Of a DNA stretch of 64,000 bases, positions 59,820-64,000 are shown one piece after another; the stretch's first letter is position 1; every line of letters starts with the position of its first letter. The position numbers were made by a program, and so were the translations under genes. Source of the stretch: Aplysia californica. Lineage: Eukaryota. Where the stretch lies: the NCBI RefSeq assembly GCF_000002075.1, contig NW_004797292.1, positions 1,594,861 through 1,658,860 of the forward strand. Reading direction: 5' to 3'. Below the pieces are notes generated by a model, which saw only the letters and a program-made list of their open reading frames with translations, ran no database searches and was not told the DNA's origin.

Positions 59820-62800
59820 AGAGAACGTCTGTGTATAGACACAGGTCATACATTTCAAACCCTGAAAAAAATTACCAGCTCTGAAGAACTATAGGGAAAC
59901 TGTGGAAGGAAAATTCTCCCAAATGCTATAAGAATGAAAGAGAGAAGGCAGAGAAAATCAAAATGTGAAAAGTATGTAACATCTCAAGTGATAAGTGTAA
60001 AAAAATAGAAGAAAAAAATCAAAACAAAGATAGCAAAGACATGTATTCCAAAATCAAAGAAGTAAGGGGGATAAAAAGATGCCCAAGAACAGAGTGCGTA
60101 CGATCAAAAGGAGAGGCTATTTTAATGGACAATGAGGTTGTCTTAAATAGATGGTCAGAATACATAGAAGAATGTTCCAAAGATAGCAGAGAATAAAAAC
60201 AGGTGAAGAAGAAAAAAATAAATGGATCAATACTGCTAGCACAAATTCAAACTACAGTTTAGAAAACGAAACAAGGAAAAGCCACTGTGCCAGATACTAT
60301 CCCAGCTGAAGAAGTTCTAAGACCAGATATGTCTAAAACGCGGTTTTGTTCCTGACAAAGGCACTAGGTACGTAACATTCACATCAACCATGTTAATCAA
60401 AATAAACATTGAAGCACAGAAATATCTGCATTGATGCTTCATAGGTTGTTCTAAGGCTTTCGAAAAACTAAACATGATGAGATGTCTATATTATAAAAAG
60501 ACCTACACATAAAATAGAAAACATGAATTATTAGTATTTTGTTCCAGGACTAAAGCACAGCTGTAAGAATTGATGGAGAATACTACGGCGAGCAGATCAA
60601 AAGAGAAGTAAGGCAATGGTGTTCTGTCACTAGGCCTCTTTAACATTGAAACAAGCCTTGATAATATAAAAGAATATCCAGGGCTTATGGTAAATGGAGT
60701 AAATATTAATAGCACCGGCAAGACAGATGACACAGTTAAGAGTAGATTTAGAAAAAAAAAGATATTCAAACGCTACTAGATACTGTTGTGATGGCAGGTG
60801 AACGTAAAAGGTTTGTGTTGAATGTAAGGAAAACAGAATGCGTGGCGACATAAAAAGAGAAGACAATCCTATTTTTAGTCTCCTAAGCAAAGGTGAAAAG
60901 TTTGAACTAGTTCCACAGATTAAATATTTAGGATTTAATACTTACAGCCAGGGGCGGCTGGTGGTTTGTTGAACTGACCGACTGTAATTCCCATCGATAT
61001 CCCCCCCCCCCCCCCCACACCCGCNNNNNNNNNNNNNNNNNNNNNNNNNNNNNNNNNNNNNNNNNNNNNNNNNNNNNNNNNNNNNNNNNNNNNNNNNNNN
61101 NNNNNNNNNNNNNNNNNNNNNNNNNNNNNNNNNNNNNNNNNNNNNNNNNNNNNNNNNNNNNNNNNNNNNNNNNNNNNNNACAGACGTTCAATTTTTGTAC
61201 CTAACGACACTTTATATTTTTTGTGCGTGTGGGGGNNNNNNNNNNNNNNNNNNNNNNNNNNNNNNNNNNNNNNNNNNNNNNNNNNNNNNNNNNNNNNNNN
61301 NNNNNNNNNNNNNNNNNNNNNNNNNNNNNNNNNNNNNNNNNNNNNNNNNNNNNNNNNNNNNNNNGGGGGGTAATATATAAAAAGTGTTTTGTTGAAGAAA
61401 ACCCATGGAGTTACAAACTTCAAAATGTAAATCTGAGCTTCAAGTCATTGACTGAAGCCACTGAAATATGAAAAGAAGCTGACTTGATCGGCACGAAACA
61501 AGAAATATTTTTACGGTATACTAGAAAACAAACTAAAAGGTGAGAGGCAACTACCTCTTAGCCCAGCCCTTGTACATCACTCAAAGACCTACTTTTTACA
61601 CCCACGCACGCAAAATCACGACGTGCACTCGCTATGTAAAATAGGAAATCTGTGTGCTGACAATTGATACCTTACCAATGACGCTGCCCCAAGTAGATGA
61701 AGTCTAGAGCCAGATACATGAACTGCACACTGTAGCCTACTAACCCCCCAGCAACATACAGATTGGACAAATTTAGCCCTCGACAATTTGAGTCCAGCAT
61801 GGGTGAAGGTGGAAAAGAGGAAAGGGGGAAAAGGGAAAAGGGACGGGGGAGGAGGAGTGTACTGAATTGTTTTAGGCCCAGAACCTGACAGCCGAACGGG
61901 TCGCTTCCCTCTCCTCGTTAAAATTCCCTCTATAACATTACTGGGCGGAATAAAGGATCGCCGGTCCAGGGTCCTGGCCAAGTAAGGGAACTCCGGTAAA
62001 TAGGTGACGAAGAGAACACAAGACAGAACCATGGATGGCTTAAAACTCAATAGAAATAATTATGCTAACAATAAAAGTACAAGTAGTAATAAGACACTGG
62101 TAGAATGATGAATGTAACAGATAAAATTATGTAAAATAATGTGTATTAGTACTGTAGACGTGTCCTTCTTTTGTAAGTAACAGAGATGCCATTTGGCAAT
62201 TAGGAGCCGTCTCTTTAGCTCTCTGGGCAAAAGCAGAATTCGCCCGGCCGGAGGCTGACGTCACCGCCGCGCGGGCGCTCTCCGGAAAGGCCTCGCGTCT
62301 CGCGCAGAGAAGTTTCACATTGTGACAGGGGCGATTTACATACGAGCCGGCGTGATAAACAAAGATGACGGAACGAGTCTCTGAAGTGCGACTACACACT
62401 GAAGAACCACTATTGTCTCTTAGAGCGCCTTCAAATCAGCCGAGTGCCTTTTGATCGCTGATTAGATATTAATGTGTATTTACTTGAAACAAAATAACAC
62501 TTATCATCAGCAATCATTCTCTTGTCCACTGTACAGCCGACAAAAACTGACCGGCGCCACCGGTCTTGCCCAGTGAAAGAACTGCGCCTGCTTACAGCAG
62601 ACTCAAATGCTCTGGAGAAGAAAAAAAACACGATTAATTGCAATAGCTTAAGATAGTTTCAATAAAATAGTCCCAATCCCATCAAATAGAAACATCTCAA
62701 CGACAATCAAAATGAAAGTTCTGAAACGATGTGTGTGGTCAATCCTTCCACACGGCTGTGAATGCTGGACAATCACCAAAGGCAGCGAAAATAAAATGCA

Positions 62801-63160
62801 AGCAACAAAAGTGTGTTTTCTTTTTAGGAGACAGGATGATAATTTCTTCGTAGGAAAAGAGATCAAACAAGGGTACTTGAAGAACCCCATGTGGGCTGCA
62901 TGCTGATAAAGACAATCAGAAAAAGACAAATTGTACGCTGTTTCTGAGCCTCTTGAATTGACATAATGATCTTGAACATATACCTCTCCCTGGCAAAACT
63001 GTGGACAAACGAGGAAGGGTTAGACCCAGAACAACCTTTTTTTGGAGAGCCTAATCAGACTGGTGAAGGAGAAAGATCAGAATAATATAACTTTATGGAG
63101 AGCAACCAAGAAAAGACCTGAATGGAGTACCATGATCGCTGATGTATGATGTAGCAGATC
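59820..63160 (+). mobile_element. Old decayed RTE LINE, paralogous to 33400-35130, split by an insertion at ~60945-62645
   Basis: VLNRWSEYIEE, KQGKATVPDTIPAE, FVPDKGT, and MKVLKRCVWSILPHGCECWTI. Confidence 0.72.
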
Positions 63161-63712
63161 CATGACAGGATCGAAGTAAACCACCTCCTGAATTAAAACA
63201 AATCATATTGCGCTTAATATGTACACATGCTTGATATGAACGCNNNNNNNNNNNNNNNNNNNNNNNNNNNNNNNNNNNNNNNNNNNNNNNNNNNNNNNNN
63301 NNNNNNNNNNNNNNNNNNNNNNNNNNNNNNNNNNNNNNNNNNNNNNNNNNNNNNNNNNNNNNNNNNNNNNNNNNNNNNNNNNNNNNNNNNNNNNNNNNNN
63401 NNNNNNNNNNNNNNNNNNNNNNNNNNNNNNNNNNNNNNNNNNNNNNNNNNNNNNNNNNNNNNNNNNNNNNNNNNNNNNNNGCTTTGGCGACAGAGGTGGC
63501 GCTAGAGTCCGATTGTTTCTTCCTCCGTTTGGAAGGTTGCGCCCCAGGAGTGTCACCAGCATCTGAGAAAACAAACAAACAAAACCACACATTATGAAAC
63601 AAGCAAACCAACTGATAATGGTTGGTGCGTCCCGTGCGCTCTTATGACCTTATGCAGTAGCGAGCGTCGTAAAACACTTACCAAGAAAAAGAAAACGACC
63701 CACACGGAATCA

Positions 63713-63880
63713 CATAGCATCTGACAAAAACAAACACATAATCAAAACCACACAGGAAAGCACACAGCATCTGAGAAAAACGAACACACGATCAAAACCG
63801 CACAGGAAACCACACAGCCTCTGAGAAAAACAAACACACGATCAAAACCATACATGAAATCACACAATATCTGAGAAAGA
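63713..63880. repeat. 50-bp minisatellite, ~3.5 tandem units plus degenerate flanking copies (63557, 63919)
   Basis: Unit cagcatctgagaaaaacaaacacacgatcaaaaccacacaggaaaccaca. Confidence 0.85.
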
Positions 63881-64000
63881 AACAAACAAACAAAAAACCC
63901 ACAACCGCATTATTAAAACAGCATCTGAAATCACATGATAACATCTAGGAAAACGCTTCAACCACACCTGAAATGCCACGGCGCAGACATGACTAGAGAA

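Overview
Repeat-rich, AT-rich animal (invertebrate-type) genomic DNA with many N gaps. The only intact host genes form a tandem cluster of a family I do not recognise: three + strand secreted multi-peptide precursor genes (CDS 16121-16933, 28438-29358, 56815-57639) plus a fourth, disrupted copy (58781-58970). Each precursor has a 16-aa signal peptide, a short VPV... pro-piece, and 9-10 Cys-free, non-amidated, acidic, mostly His-containing amphipathic peptides of 24-29 aa separated by Lys-Arg. Each intact gene has an inferred TATA promoter, a ~50-65 nt non-coding exon 1 and a 3-8.6 kb intron; these were found from non-coding sequence conserved among the paralogs. Flank homologies suggest that a two-gene cassette was duplicated ([G1-G2] and [G3-pseudoG4]). 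The remainder is nested transposable-element debris: RTE and I-clade LINEs, a Gypsy LTR element with a tRNA-Trp primer site, Chapaev3-like remnants, and P-like, hAT, Kolobok-like and other non-autonomous DNA elements. There are also SINEs, microsatellites and a ~2.3 kb local duplication. The organism cannot be determined from the sequence alone.
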